Below are positions 51,264 to 64,000 of a stretch of DNA of 64,000 nt, in pieces (the stretch's first letter is position 1; every line of letters starts with the position of its first letter). A program made the position numbers and the translations under genes. Under the pieces are notes generated by a model. It did not search any database. It had not been told where the DNA came from and was given only the letters and a program-made list of their open reading frames with translations. Origin of the DNA: Podarcis erhardii (taxonomy: Eukaryota); assembly GCA_964252035.1 (NCBI GenBank), contig OZ176210.1. One strand, given 5' to 3'.

Positions 51264-51269
51264 AATAAA
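51264..51269 (+). terminator. Candidate JMY polyadenylation signal
   Basis: AATAAA preceded by U-rich and TGTA motifs (51100-51230) and followed by T-rich sequence. Confidence 0.55.
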
Positions 51270-52551
51270 GGATATTTATTTGAACACAGTTTCTTTCACA
51301 TTCATTTAAAGGACTTGTGGAGCTCTGAAGCAGACATGCTAGTATAATATTGTACGGTTATGTTAAGCATAAGCAATCCTTATCAACTCTCTGTACATTC
51401 TTATACTGATGTGTCAGAAGATGGTTTTTTCATTGCAATTGAAGGATCACAGGTAGTTCTGGCCCTCTCATTCCACCACGCAAGATTTCCTTAATGAGAC
51501 GTAAAACTCTGAAAACAAAGGATTTCATTTTGGATAAATTAAAAATGGTGGGAAACCACTAAAGATAGGAACCACACTTGAGTTCCATTCACACTGGCTG
51601 CAGAGTTGATGGGGAGAGCAGCAAATGTGTTGCAGCCACTCCTGTGCCATCAAGGAAAAAATAATGTGGCTATAGTGGAGTAGCAGGGGTTTTGTCTGTT
51701 TGTTGAGGACTCATCAGGGCACCACAAGACCCCCTGAAGTCTGGTTCCAGTCCTGGATAGTCCTCTTTGGAGGCAGCTGGCTGACCAGGGATGCTGCAAC
51801 CTTTTGTGTTGTGGGCCTCTTTGTTGGCAATGAGGCAAGTCTGAAGGTTGAGAAGGTGGTGTGTCACTAGAACCCTCCTCATCATTGCAGCGGCAGAAAG
51901 CTCTGCTGCTGTCACTCCACTGATGGTACTCTGGCAGGGAATGAAAAGGACTACCTTGGGGGAAGTCTTGGATCTGCATGATTCCAATCCCTGCCCCCCA
52001 GTCCCCTGACATACCTCAAACAAACTATGTCAATGGGAGAAATAATAAAAAGACCAAGTTCAAAAAGAAGAGGGGGAAGCACATTCCATCTTTTGTGGCT
52101 CATGTGAACCGGATCAGGCTTAAGAAGTGGTGGCTCCTCTGTCATAGACTGTCCCTAGGATTACTCTTGGTAAGTCTGTTCTTTTCCCCCAAGTGTAAGT
52201 GTAAATTGGTACATCTGATTTAACACAAGAGAATACATTTGTTAGTCTGCACATTCAAGTGCACAGGTGCCACTTCACAGATTATTTTCCAGATTTGTAA
52301 GAGCCTGTTTACAACAAGAGCAAACATAAGTCAAGACACCAATATGTATTTTGCTTTCTTTATTCCAAGGCTATGTCTTCAGAGCTTGAAAACGCTGCTA
52401 TGATCACATGTACAGAACTAGTAGTCTCTCAGCAATGCTTCCTTTTTCCTGGTAGCAAAACCAAATTTCAAGCGCTTTTTGTGCCGTTGAGACCAAACTT
52501 AAGAACTATGAACAAGCCCTGCAGATTGCTATGAGTTCCAACATGTAATTA

Positions 52552-52869
52552 CAGTGGTGCCCCGCAAGACGAACGCCTCGCAAGACGGAAAACCCGCTAG
52601 ACGAAAGGGTTTTCCGTTTTGGAGGTGCTTCGCAAAACGAATTTCCCTATGGGCTTGCTTTGCAAGACGAAAATGTCTTGCGAGTTCCTGCGGCTTTCCC
52701 CCCCTTTTCCTAAGCCCTAAGCCGCTTATCAGCTGATCCGCTAAAAGCCGCTAAACCACTAATAGCGCTAATCCGCTAAGCCGTCAATGGGCTTGCTTCG
52801 CAAGACGAAAAAACCGCTATATGATGAGCCTCACGGAACGGATTAATTTCGTCTTGCGAGGCACCACTG
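52552..52869. mobile_element. MITE family D (between JMY and HOMER1)
   Basis: Same TIRs and body; TA TSD. Confidence 0.9.
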
Positions 52870-53819
52870 TAATCAGATCCTGTGCAACTGGTTAGTCACC
52901 CACCTACCCAGACTACTCACATGAAAGACCTGCTTGCTACAAAGTTGCTATGAAGTTTTAAACTCTGGCAGTATTCTATGTGAGTCTCCCTAACCATTAC
53001 CCCTTCTTCTCTGCCAGGATCAGAAAATCTATCGGAAATTGTCCAATAATACTGCCATTTTGGCACAAAAATCAAAGAACCAGTACAGTGTGGAAATGAA
53101 TTTTTCTACTTACGTTTTCCAAAAGGAACCTTGATTTTGTGGGGAGCTGGCTTGCAACAAAGGATGGGAAAAGCTAATTTGCTGTCTAGTTCCATACATG
53201 TTTTGTTGAAAGTAATTCACACTGAATTAATTGAGGCTGTTCAAGTGTAGGTGTCCTTCGAACTACATCCTTATTAACTTTAATGAATTATATTATCTAT
53301 TCTCACGTAAGAATTTTAGAGAGTTATTTTGGCTTGGGTTCCTATGAGCAGAATTCCGTTCCCAGGATGTTCTTATGGAAGTAGTGGGTGGTGCCTCTCC
53401 AAAGCAGCCGCCTTCTTGTTGCTATTGGCTCTTGTGCCCAGTGCAGGGTTTGCCATTTGCCACAAGGCAAGAAGTTGAAATGGAGCTCAAGGTGGAGGCC
53501 CTACCTCCTGCAGATGATACGTAGGCGACTGCTTCTCAAGCCCAGACATTGAGAGTGCAGCCTTTTCCAAAGAAGCTGGTCTCTTGCACCAGAGGGGAGA
53601 ACAGGGCGGGAGGTGGCTTGGGGGTGGTGATGATGATGCAAGAAGAAAGGGGCATCTTGGGAGCATTCACTGGATTGTCATCCCTTCTATTTATCAAAGG
53701 GCAACTCTGGATCCAACCTTACATTTACAATCAGATCTCACAGCTCTCACAAAGCCGCAAGGAGGAAATTGGCCACAGTAAACTCCAGATTGCTTGTCAA
53801 TTGGTTTCTTGGAGACCTG

Positions 53820-53821
<2 letters not shown>

Positions 53822-53853
<32 letters not shown>
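53822..53853 (+). repeat. (CAAT)n microsatellite
   Basis: Direct reading. Confidence 0.9.
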
Positions 53854-53855
<2 letters not shown>

Positions 53856-54779
53856 GACTTTCTGTTATGCTCCATCTTGCTTACTAAGGCTCCATACATG
53901 TGCTGTAGTTAAGGTACTGTTGGGATGGAACCAGACTTGGTCATTATTACACTAGACCCACAGAAACCAATTAGAGTTATGTTACTCATGATTAATAATT
54001 CCCATTGATTTCAAAGCATCTAACTTCAGTCACATTTCTTTCAATGGATCTACTTGAATCCAGACTAGGTGTTGGGGGAAATATTGGAATATTCTGGAGT
54101 AGAGTTATGAGAAAGAGGCTCCAATAACCAACTTCCAGACGGGGATGTACTTATAAAACCTTTTTATGTCAAAGTCAGAATTTCACAACATGACACTCTA
54201 ATTCAAAATCCAGTAGCACCTGAAGGATTAAGGTAAATGCTGCCATCCATTGAACAGTTTGTAATACTTAAAAAGAGCTGAAGAAGAAAAAATTGAGTAA
54301 AGTACATTCTCCAGAACAGCAATTGTATTTCAAAATAAAAACTGTATTTGTTGGGTTTTAAAAGAATGGTTTTTTTAAAAAACAAGTCTCCATAATTGTC
54401 ATATGACAAGTACACAGGGTAATTGTTCTCCTATGTAATTTCTTGTTTGTTTGTTTGTCCACAGTACCCAACATTTTCTGGCATATATATTCCCACAATT
54501 TCTCTTAAGATAGATACAATATGTAATACCAGTCTCTGGGGAAAACACGACTTTGTCCATTATGCCAATTATTACCTTAATAATACAGAAGTGTAGTGAC
54601 TAAAATAGGTATGATCACCTAATTAGGAATTTCAGAATACAGTTTCTAGAATACAATTTCTAAACACCCACCTACCATAAATGAACATTAAAATATTCTT
54701 AACAATAGGATTTTATTTATATGTGCACTTAATTCCACTTATCCCATATACATATTGGATGACTTTTGGGAGTTCAATG

Positions 54780-57077
54780 GTGCAGCCCTCATAGATTTTA
54801 TTTTTACAAACAAAAGAACCCAAAGTCAAGCATCTTAATATACATGAGAAAAGAAATTCTCAAATATTGATTTCCAATTTTCAAATTTAATTTCAATAGG
54901 AAAATATTAAAAATGTGCACATTTAAATTTTTCCATGTACTGTATATACATGTGTGTGTATGTGTACATATACAAATAAATTTCTTGTACCACACATATA
55001 CACAGCATTTCAGTGGAAATATTTTGTAAACTATTTTCCCACATGTAAATGTCATTGTATTAAAAATTTTGATCTCATTAAAAATAATGTTACATTTTTT
55101 GCCATCAAATTTCTGTTCTAACTTGTTATAATTAATAACACTCATGAACATACTTCATTCCTCCTACAATTACACCAATTTTATACTTTTCTGAAGATGT
55201 TTCCAATTGACACTCATATAGCAAGAGAATCAGGTACAAACTTCTCCAGGTAAATTAAAATCAGGTAATCACTACTGTCCTGGACCTGATAAAGTTACAC
55301 ATCGTTAACATCTAGCTATTTAAAAAAAAATCACCATAGAAAGCTTTTACCTATGAATGCAATGAACAAATATTTTCTCCAGTAATAAATAAAATAAGTG
55401 GCAGAATACTCTAAAATATGGATGAAACTCAAATGATGTGTACAGTACATACAGTATAATACATGATAATTTACTGTTAGCTAAACAGTAATCCTGACAT
55501 TTCAGGAGACACCTGTTATATTACAGATAAAGAAAATGGCATTTTATAAATTAACCCACCATGTATTTCTCCCACTTTGAATACAAATTAGAATGTGTGT
55601 ATTATACAGTATATACATACAGTACACACATAAAAAACCCGACTTATATTATCTAGTTTTGAATAGCAGTCCTTAAGTGGAAAAAAAATTCTATTGTACA
55701 GAGTTTATATTCAAGCTGGATTTTGCATTTAACATTCAAATTAATTTGGGTGTAAAGAAAAGGTCAGTGCATCTTTGTGTTTGATTCCCCCCCCCCCATT
55801 CATTTTAAAAATCCTCTCCAATATTAGACAATTTACAGCAAGATTGTCCCATAATACAACTCCCATTCAGTAAGCAGACATTTGACACTTGGCTTACCTT
55901 TCATTTTTCCCCCTTTAAAATAAAAAATATTATATAAAGAAATACATGTTTGGCAAAAGTCTTTGTAAATCACATCAAAACAACTTAAAAACATGTTCAC
56001 TGAGGATAACTGAATTCAATTCCTGTTTTGAAATTCAGAATATTGCCTGGTGTGGTTCTGCTAAACATGTGATGTGAAGGTTCAAAGAGGAGGGGAAAAG
56101 ATCTCCAATTTCCTGTGATTATACAGTTTCTTTGAATGAGCAATGTCAACGTAAACACCCTGGCAATTGCTGTATATCCACAGTATATCTATAACAAGCT
56201 GCACTGGTTACTCTGAAGAAGTTTTGGTTAAAAGAATTATTAAAACATATGTTGGTAACAGTGAATATTAAACATATGTGGTATTAATAAATAAGACTAG
56301 ATGGATACTTATCTGTATATAGCAGATTTGAAATTACTTTTCAGGGACTCACCTGTCTTCATAGATAGGCTTCAAAATGGAACACAGAACTTCTACATAC
56401 ATGAACTTAAATAGAGAAAAGTAAACCATACACTGGACAATATTAGTGAACACCAGAGTGAACATCGTAAATAAATACAGTATCTTCCAGTATAAAAAAG
56501 GGAAGAACTCTATACAAGCAGTTACTCACTAGGTATGAATTAAAGATGCAACTCTCTCTCACTCCTGGCAAGAATTAATTAGTAATGCACAATTTCTTAA
56601 CAGTGCAAAATATCCTGAGAAATTATTAAGATTACAACAAAAGAGAGGGCTGTCATCGCAAAGTTCTTGCACAAAACACAGCAATTGAGTGTCTTAACCA
56701 ACAAAATAAAAACAAAATAAGACAGATCATCTACAATGTGTCTAACACTAAAAGGGATGCCATATGGGGCACTTCTCATTATTTCACTGGCTAATAATAG
56801 AAAAGGATTGCATTCAATTACTGTTAATATCTTTCGAGTTATCTATGGCCAATTATATACAAGGAGGTAATTTGTAGTTCAAGTTATTATTTTTTCCCAA
56901 CTAGCTACAAGCTGAATTCTAAAATTTTACACTGAAATATATTGTTGGAAATTTAAAACAGGCCCTCCTGGAGGAGCGTTTTCCTAATTTTGTGCAACTT
57001 TGATGCAGAGCCCAACAAAGTCCTATGAAGAGAGACAGTGCATCTTTAAGAAGGTTGGCACTGAAATCCCGTTTTCT
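54780..57077 (-). other. HOMER1: HOMER1 3'UTR with candidate poly(A) signal
   Basis: AT-rich, repeat-free tract after the stop; AATAAA on - at 54797-54802 (a second at 54712-54717). End point uncertain. Confidence 0.55.
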
Positions 57078-57266
57078 TTAGCTGCATTCTATTAGCTTGG
57101 CCAGGTTATCTCGTAGTTCTGTTAGTTCAAAGATTTTGCCATCAAGAATTTCTAAAAGTGTTTTCAAGTTATTGCGAAAAGCTTCTTGTTCATTCTGACT
57201 TTTCTCCAGACGCTGCTCTAGGTCAGACAGTTGTCCTTCTAGGTCCTTGTTTCGAACTTCCACTTC
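57078..57266 (-). CDS. HOMER1: HOMER1 last coding exon (leucine-zipper C-terminus)
   Basis: On -: cttctttttttaag|GAA...EVEVRNKDLEGQLSDLEQRLEKSQNEQEAFRNNLKTLLEILDGKIFELTELRDNLAKLIECS*, matching the long HOMER1 C-terminus. Confidence 0.97.
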   Translation of the reverse strand, partial: EVEVRNKDLEGQLSDLEQRLEKSQNEQEAFRNNLKTLLEILDGKIFELTELRDNLAKLIECS

Positions 57267-57451
57267 CTTAAAAAAAGAAGAAGCAGCAATATATGTCATT
57301 TGTAAATGCAGTATTATCTTTATCAGTTTTCTATACAGTTAACATGGAGCTGGAATGATCATCAGGCTCAACAGGGTTATCTCTTACTCACAAGTAGGGA
57401 GTGAGGCTCACATTCCTAAATGGAGGTATCTACGTAGGATAGCATCTTCAT

Positions 57452-57710
57452 CAGGGCTGTCCAACTTTTCATACCAAGTGGGCTGCAACACAACTTTGAC
57501 CCAGAAGCTGTAGGCTCCACACTGCTTTGTTGGTTGGGGAGCAGAGGCGAGGCCAAAATTTGACACACAGAGACCCTGGCAGGGTCCTAGAGCCCTCCCA
57601 CCCCCTCCCCAAAGCTGGGAAAGAGCTAACTAGGCTTTGGGATGGAGGAAGGAGGAGTCTAGGACCCCATCAGAGTGCTCACAAAAATGGCCTGGAGGGC
57701 CGCATGCTAT
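57452..57710. repeat. hAT-like repeat fragment; related segment at ~59165-59395
   Basis: CAGGGCTGTCCAAC end; shares cagccctcccacc...ccaaagctgggaaag.gctaactagg with 59188-59232. Confidence 0.45.
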
Positions 57711-59820
57711 ATACCATGATTAGCATGGACAGAAGTGTGCCTCACATACAATTAGGAAGGGAAAGGAGGATAGATAGAGATGCATGGACTAGCCTACACA
57801 ATATGATTTAGCATCTTAGTAAATATATATTTTAGTCATTTAAGCATCATTTAATTACAAATGGATTTAAAAGGAAAACTTTGTTTTTGGTAGTGTCAGG
57901 AGCCAGGTTAACAGGATTTTAAATAGTAGTTAAGACCCCCCCCCCCACTTACAGATAACTCACATTGTTAACCTGGCTCACATCTTTCACAAGCGTTCAG
58001 TTCTGTGAGTCCACGCATATATGCAAAAATGTGTAAAGCCAGAAGCCCCTGAAACCAGCCCCACCCAAGTTGTAAGGCTGCCTACCTGGCTGTGGGAGGG
58101 TGGAAGGGCTCTGCCAGTGTGCAAGAGCGCCTTCCTAAAGTTAGCACTGGCCTGGCTTTGGGAAGGCAGTGCAAGGGCTCTGGGATGCTGCCAAAGTGCT
58201 CACACCACCTTCCCAAAGCCATGTAAGTCCACAACCACAGCTTTGCATGGGGGTGTGTGGGTGTGGATTTCCTCTGCTCCTTATTTATTTATCCTTCCCC
58301 AGGCCCCACACAAAGCTGTGTTCACGTAAATAAAATAAGCATAAGATACGAGTTACCTGTAGGAAAGAACATGTAACCACGTAAAATTGTTTTGCAAAGG
58401 ATTCTTTTGTTGCACTTATTTAAGATTTTTTTTTAAAGTTTGTCAAGGGCATAGATTCCACTGAGTGTGTATATAATCTTGCTGCTATCTCCAAGTAACT
58501 TGACCAGTCAGTTTAGAGAACACAGAATCTACAGGCAATCAAGATCTAAAACATACACTCATTTGAAGAGATGAAAGACATCAAGGCCTGCAGCAATTTG
58601 TTAAGGAATGCCGCTTCAAAAGCTATGAACTCTAAAATTCCCAGCATAAATTGCAACACATATGTAAGAGGAAGTGTTTGTGTTCTAGCAGAAATTACTC
58701 CTACCTGCTTATCAAAGTTTGATTGTTTGCCATTCAATAGAAATATAAAATGCAGTCCAAATTTCCAGATACTAATTTCAGCATTTTTACCTGCTCAGGA
58801 AAGCATCAGCATAAGGCTTTATTTTGGCCCTCCAGATGTTGATGGACTCCAACGCCCATTAGCTTCAGCCAGCATGGCTAATGGTCAGGGATGATGGCGG
58901 TCAGAGCGCAACTATGTTCAAATGCCCACATGTTCCCCAACCCTCCCTGCTCTAGACAGCCCTCTTCTGCTTCTTCCCAAGAAAATACATTGCCGTGTTC
59001 CCGACCATCAAATATCCCCAAGTAACCCAAGGGGCAATATATTGCATCTGAGCATGAGATGGGAGGATTATCTTTGAACAGCTTGTGCTCGTGGGCTTGT
59101 AATTCTTTGCTGATCTTGGAGTGATCTGGAAATTCAACTCTAAGGGCCTTTCTTTGGAAAAGAGGCATAAAGCTCTGGCAGGATCCTACAGCCCTCCCAC
59201 CTCCTCCCCAAAGCTGGGAAAGTGCTAACTAGGAAGGAGGCAGGGGGACTCCAGAAGCCTATCAGAGCCCTCACACCTCCTTCTCAAAGCCCAGCACCTT
59301 GCTTACCCAGCTTTGGGAAGGCAAAGTGAGGGCTGTACAGGGACATCAAATGTTGCTGAAAGCCGCCAAAATAGGGCCACACATTGGACCACCCTGGAAC
59401 TCTAGGAATACTTACCGGTATGTAACCTTATATTAAGAAAAGGAAGTCTGAAAGGGAATTCACATACCCACACCAGAGCACATCACTTCTTTTATTTGTT
59501 TGCTCCCCCCTTGAAAGATGTACAGTCCTTCTCTTCAGCACTAGGACACTCATCCTCATGATTTGTTTGTTTGTTTAACGTGAACGGGCTTTCCCTGCGC
59601 AGTGACAAAGCTTCCCTTCTTCCATCACACTTGTACAATGTTCACACAAACACTGCAGGAACACAGTTAGCCCCATCAAAGTAGTAAGGAGGTGGGGGCT
59701 ATTCTGCACCCCCAAACTGTCTGTCTGTACAAGTCTTCAAGATCCAAAATTATCCAACTTCTTTCCTCTTTTTTAGTGTTACCTACAAGCAGATACAACC
59801 CTATTCGCTCTGTAACTTAC

Positions 59821-59901
59821 TTGTAACTTCTGAGTTAAAGAGTCCCTCTGTGCCTGAAGCTCTCTGGCATTGTCAATTTCTTGTCTCAATTTTTCTATTT
59901 C
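59821..59901 (-). CDS. HOMER1: HOMER1 penultimate coding exon
   Basis: On -: ctttag|GAA...EIEKLRQEIDNARELQAQRDSLTQKLQ|gtaagt; 81 nt. Confidence 0.95.
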
Positions 59902-61225
59902 CTAAAGGGGATAAAACAGCATATTATCCAAAGTCAACCTAACTTTCATCCTGGACAAATCCTCCTCATCCAATCAGGACATACAAGACAGGGTTGCCAA
60001 TGCTGCAGAACCCATTGGTACTTCTCACAGGTACTTATGCAGTGAAACTAGAATTGGAGAGTGGGCCAAACTGTATCACCCTGAGAGCCATCTGGCCAGC
60101 CCTAGAGCTTTGAACTTCAGCATGCTTCTCAAAACATGCACAGTTCCCAGTAGGAAGCATCATTTGTGCTTCAGGTTCATAAGCATAGAAATCTGCTAAT
60201 GATTATGCAGCAATAGCTGAAATTGAGTCATAAGAATCGGCTGCCAGAGAGCCAGTTTCTCAGGGCTAAAGACACCAGGGAGGGAACGCTGCAAAGAACA
60301 AAGTTGAAATTTCAGTTACAAGGGACTGTGAACAACTGTCTATTTTATAGCAAGAAGAAAGCCAGAGGAATCGTAATGAAATATATGCAACAATTCATGA
60401 CCAAGTCTAAAACAACACTGGAATCATTTAGTCAGGCTAGATACTAATAATGTTGGCTTAGAGCCTAACTTGCCTTCTGTGAAGAGAATGATTTCAAGAA
60501 TTAAAGTAGACATCTGTGGAAGTAGTGAACAACTCAACACTTCTTTGTGCAATAAAAGTCTACCAGTTAGGTGACTAGGAAGAAACTTCCCCGAAGGCAT
60601 GCTATTTCGGAACTGCAGTGAGATATCTTGAACTGTCCTCTGAAACATCTGGCGCCAATTACTGACAGCGAAATAATAGCGTGCTTCTAGGACTAGAGAA
60701 GTGATATAAAAAGCAATCCCTACCTATTATTCACTCTTTGGGGAAGTGAGTGTGCTTTGCCAAAGGCAACAAAGACGCTTTTTGAACTTCCCACCAATGC
60801 ATGGCCTCATACTGCAGGGGTCAGTCTGCCGATCATCATCACTAGAGGAAGTACTTTTAATTCTAATACACCTGACTCTTCAGGCACTTTGAACCAGTAT
60901 ATAAAAGCCATCTTTTAGAAATGAGTTATGGCCTGTTTGTCAGCCTGCTTTCACACTTCTAGGAAGGACAGAGGAAAGCTACTGACTTTTGAAAGAAATG
61001 TGTGTTTTTTGGGAGAAACAACCCATATTTATCTAAATGGTTTTCCCTGTGCAAAGAATTTTGCATCTCATTCTAGATGTTAGTCAACAGAATAAAAAAA
61101 CAACAAATTAGACAACTTATTTTTGTAACCCGTATTTTGATACAAGCTAATGCAATACTATGAATGGTGTATGAGATAAATAATCAGGGCTATTAAAAAG
61201 TCAATTAACAAATGCAAGCAAGTAC

Positions 61226-61336
61226 CTCTTCTTTTTTCTTCAACGTTGCCTCTAATTCTTGTATTGTCTGGTTTAATTCTGTTTTATGTGTGTGGACCGC
61301 ACTTGCTTGACTACTAACACACTCCAGCTCAGTCAC
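61226..61336 (-). CDS. HOMER1: HOMER1 third-from-last coding exon (coiled coil)
   Basis: On -: ttttacag|GTG...VTELECVSSQASAVHTHKTELNQTIQELEATLKKKEE|gtactt; 111 nt. Confidence 0.95.
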
Positions 61337-61693
61337 CTGTAAAAATAAATACAAATGATAAATATACAATTATAGGACCATATGGGACATTTCTGCTTTA
61401 CTAAGCATCTGTATCACAGCATTAACACTTATTGCAATGGTTTCATTAGCTTTGCACAGTATTTTATGAAATGATGGTGGAGCACTGTTTAAGTTCTGTG
61501 CCTGATGCTAGTTCTTCTAAAAGTGGCAAAGTTTGAATCAAATAATGGGTTGGTTGGGAATTAAAGTGATAAATATAAACCTAAGAATGGCTTATTTAAT
61601 TATGAAGACTGTTCTCCTTCAAACTCCACTCTTCTAGTTGACACTATATAGTAGAATGATGTGTAACTAGTTTGCTAAAATGATTCACACAAA

Positions 61694-61825
61694 NNNNNNN
61701 NNNNNNNNNNNNNNNNNNNNNNNNNNNNNNNNNNNNNNNNNNNNNNNNNNNNNNNNNNNNNNNNNNNNNNNNNNNNNNNNNNNNNNNNNNNNNNNNNNNN
61801 NNNNNNNNNNNNNNNNNNNNNNNNN
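61694..61825. other. Assembly gap (132 N)
   Basis: Run of n in a HOMER1 intron. Confidence 0.99.
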
Positions 61826-62709
61826 ACTTTAGTAATTCATAAACCTTTACCATCCAAAGACTTCCCCAAAATTCTAATTAACCTCTGTATTTTTCCACCA
61901 GCACTGTACAACAAAACCAATGGACGCTTAAAACACTGTGATTTAAACATCAATACTAACAATTCTACAGACCATGTGCATGTTGTCACTCAGGTGCTTG
62001 TAGAAAACATTAATAGAATTGAAGTATGCTTAACTTTCTCTAGATTGCGCCATTCAGTGGGACCTAACTGTACAATTAAATACTAATGTAGCACTAAGTT
62101 CAACAACTCATAAGCATGCTTAACTTTCTCTGGATTATGCCCAATGCTAATTTTTATTTAACGGCAGCCAAATCCTCTGAATGTGACTTGAGGGCATTAA
62201 AACATAAGCACAAAGGAAAAACTCTGCTGGATAAGAGGGCTCATCTAATCCAGCACTGTTTTGACCAGCCAAAGGCCTGCAGAAAACCCACTAGCAGGCC
62301 ATGAAAGAAACACACCTCTTCCATTGATTATTGCCAACATCTAGTATTCAGAGGCATACTGCTTTTAACTTCAAAGGTCTCATTTAACTATCATCATTCC
62401 ACATAATAGCAAGCTCAGGTGTTTGAGCGCCTATCATTTTGGAAGCAAAATGGGGCCACTCAAATACAAGGCTGTGATTTCTGCATGCTTTGGGACTCCC
62501 TAGGTACTCAGAAGTATAGAGGTTTGTAAAGAAAGAGAAAATGGAAATTAATAAAAACAGCTCAACCACAACATGTGAGCTCACAGAATGCGGTGGGGAG
62601 TTGAACCTTTAAAAAAGAAGAGGGAAACTAGAAGTCAGGCAGACTGTATCCCTTTTCATAGAGAAGAAACTCTCTGTGATTAAAGCAAAGTAGGGTCATG
62701 CCACCAAAT

Positions 62710-62818
62710 TGACCTCCCTGGGATGCAAGCCTGGGCAGTGTGTATGGAGATCCTGGGCTGCCCAGACGACAAGATCCTTCTCTTGGTCTCACTGATGTGG
62801 AGCAAAGGAAAACACAGC

Positions 62819-62822
<4 letters not shown>
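62710..62822. mobile_element. RTE/BovB-like fragment truncated by the L2 insertion
   Basis: Homologous to 12978-13088; breaks at gcaata into the L2 (TAA)n tail. Confidence 0.55.
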
Positions 62823-62872
<50 letters not shown>

Positions 62873-64000
62873 TTATTATTTATACCCCGCCCATCTGGCT
62901 GGGCCTCCCCAGCCACTCTGGGCGGCTTCCATAGAAAGCAAAAATACAGTAAAATATCACACGTTAAAAACTTCCCTGAACAGGGCTGCCTTAAGATGTC
63001 TTCTGAATGTCAGGTAGTTGTTTATCGCTTTGACATCTGCTGGAAGGGCATTCCACAGGGCGGGCGCCACCACCGAGAAGGCCCTCTGCCTGGTTCCCTG
63101 TAGCTTTGCTTCTCGCAATGAGGGAACCGCCAGAAGGCCCTCGGCGCTGGACCTCAGCGTACGGGCAGAATGATGGGGGTGGAGACGCTCCTTCAGGTAT
63201 ACTGGACCGAGGCCGTTTAGGGCTTTAAAGGTCAGCACCAACACTTTGAATTGTGCTCGGAAACGTACTGGGAGCCAATGTAGGTCTTTCAAGACCGGTG
63301 TTATATGGTCTCGGCGGCCGCCCCCAGTCACCAGTCTAGCTGCTGCATTCTGGATTAGTTGTAGTTTCCGAGTCACCTTCAAAGGTAGCCCCACGTAGAG
63401 TGAATTGCAGTAGTCCAAGCGGGAGATAACCAGAGCATGCACCACTCTGGCGAGACAGTCCGCAGGCAGATAGGGTCTCAGCCTACGTACCAGATGGAGC
63501 TGGTAAACAGCTGCCCTGGATACAGATTTGACCTGTGCCTCCATGGACTGCTGTGAGTCCAAAATGACTCCCAGGCTGCGCACCTGGTCCTTCAGGGGCA
63601 CAGTTACCGCATTCAGGACCAGGGAATCCTCCACACCTGCCCGCCTCCTGTCCCCCAAAAACAGTACTTCTGTCTTGTCAGGATTCAACCTCAATCTGTT
63701 AGCCGCCATCCATCCTCCAACCGCCTCCAGACACTCACACAGGACCTTCACCGCCTTCACTGGTTCTGATTTAAAAGAGAGGTAGAGCTGGGTATCATCC
63801 GCATACTGATGAACACCCAGCCCAAACCTCCTGATGATCTCTCCCAGCGGCTGCATGTAAATGTTGAAAAGCATGGGGGAGAGGACGGAACCCTGAGGCA
63901 CCCCACAAGTGAGAGCCCAGGGGTCTGAACACTCATCCCCCACCACCACTTTCTGAACACGGCCCAGGAGGAAGGAGCGGAACCACTGTATGACAGTGCC
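62819..64000 (-). mobile_element. L2-clade LINE, 3' part with intact reverse transcriptase frame, in a HOMER1 intron
   Basis: ORF 62957-63949 stays open to the window edge; RT motifs GVPQGSVLSPMLFNIY, HQYADDTQLY, SRLDYCNSL, HWLPVRFR; 3' tail of (TTA)n at 62819-62883. Confidence 0.92.

Larger units (their letters stand above)
43004..51295 (+). other. JMY: Probable non-coding terminal exon (long 3'UTR) of JMY
   Basis: Donor-like GGA|gtaatg 3 nt after the stop (42362); acceptor-like cgttttcag|G at 43003; long AT-rich, repeat-poor tract ending at AATAAA 51264-51269 with upstream TGTA motifs. Boundaries are inferred from sequence only. Confidence 0.55.

Noticed and set aside
43004-51270. miRNA seed matches (miR-30-type TGTTTACA 44798-44805; miR-181-type TGAATGTA 49327-49334)
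   Set aside because: Expected by chance in 8 kb of AT-rich sequence; conservation cannot be tested here.
61694-61825. N gap as a hiding place for the next HOMER1 exon
   Set aside because: The flanks show no HOMER1 coding sequence or splice signals; the exon probably lies beyond the window.

Overview
Vertebrate genomic DNA, most likely a lacertid lizard (inferred from the Sauria-type SINEs and squamate repeat families). The window holds the complete coding region of JMY on the + strand: 10 coding exons from 8552 to 42358, a CpG-island promoter, a probable intron just after the stop codon, and a ~8 kb 3'UTR ending near AATAAA at 51264. It also holds the last three coding exons and 3'UTR of HOMER1 on the - strand, tail-to-tail with JMY. 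Repeats include a young 5'-truncated L1 with a perfect 20-bp target-site duplication (TSD), L2/CR1/RTE LINE fragments, Sauria SINEs, Tc1/mariner(pogo-like) and hAT MITEs, and a decayed DIRS element. The most striking unexplained structure is a 260-bp Penelope-like insertion in JMY intron 4. It carries three minimal type-I hammerhead ribozyme motifs: two in tandem sense to the JMY pre-mRNA and one inverted, forming a perfect 56-bp hairpin that would mask the first. Other candidates are an in-frame uORF with a leaky UGA-C stop upstream of JMY, an antisense mini-exon cassette, unusual splice-site geometry around JMY exons 7, 9 and 10, and a MITE hairpin in the JMY 3'UTR. All family assignments are by motif recognition; no searches were run.
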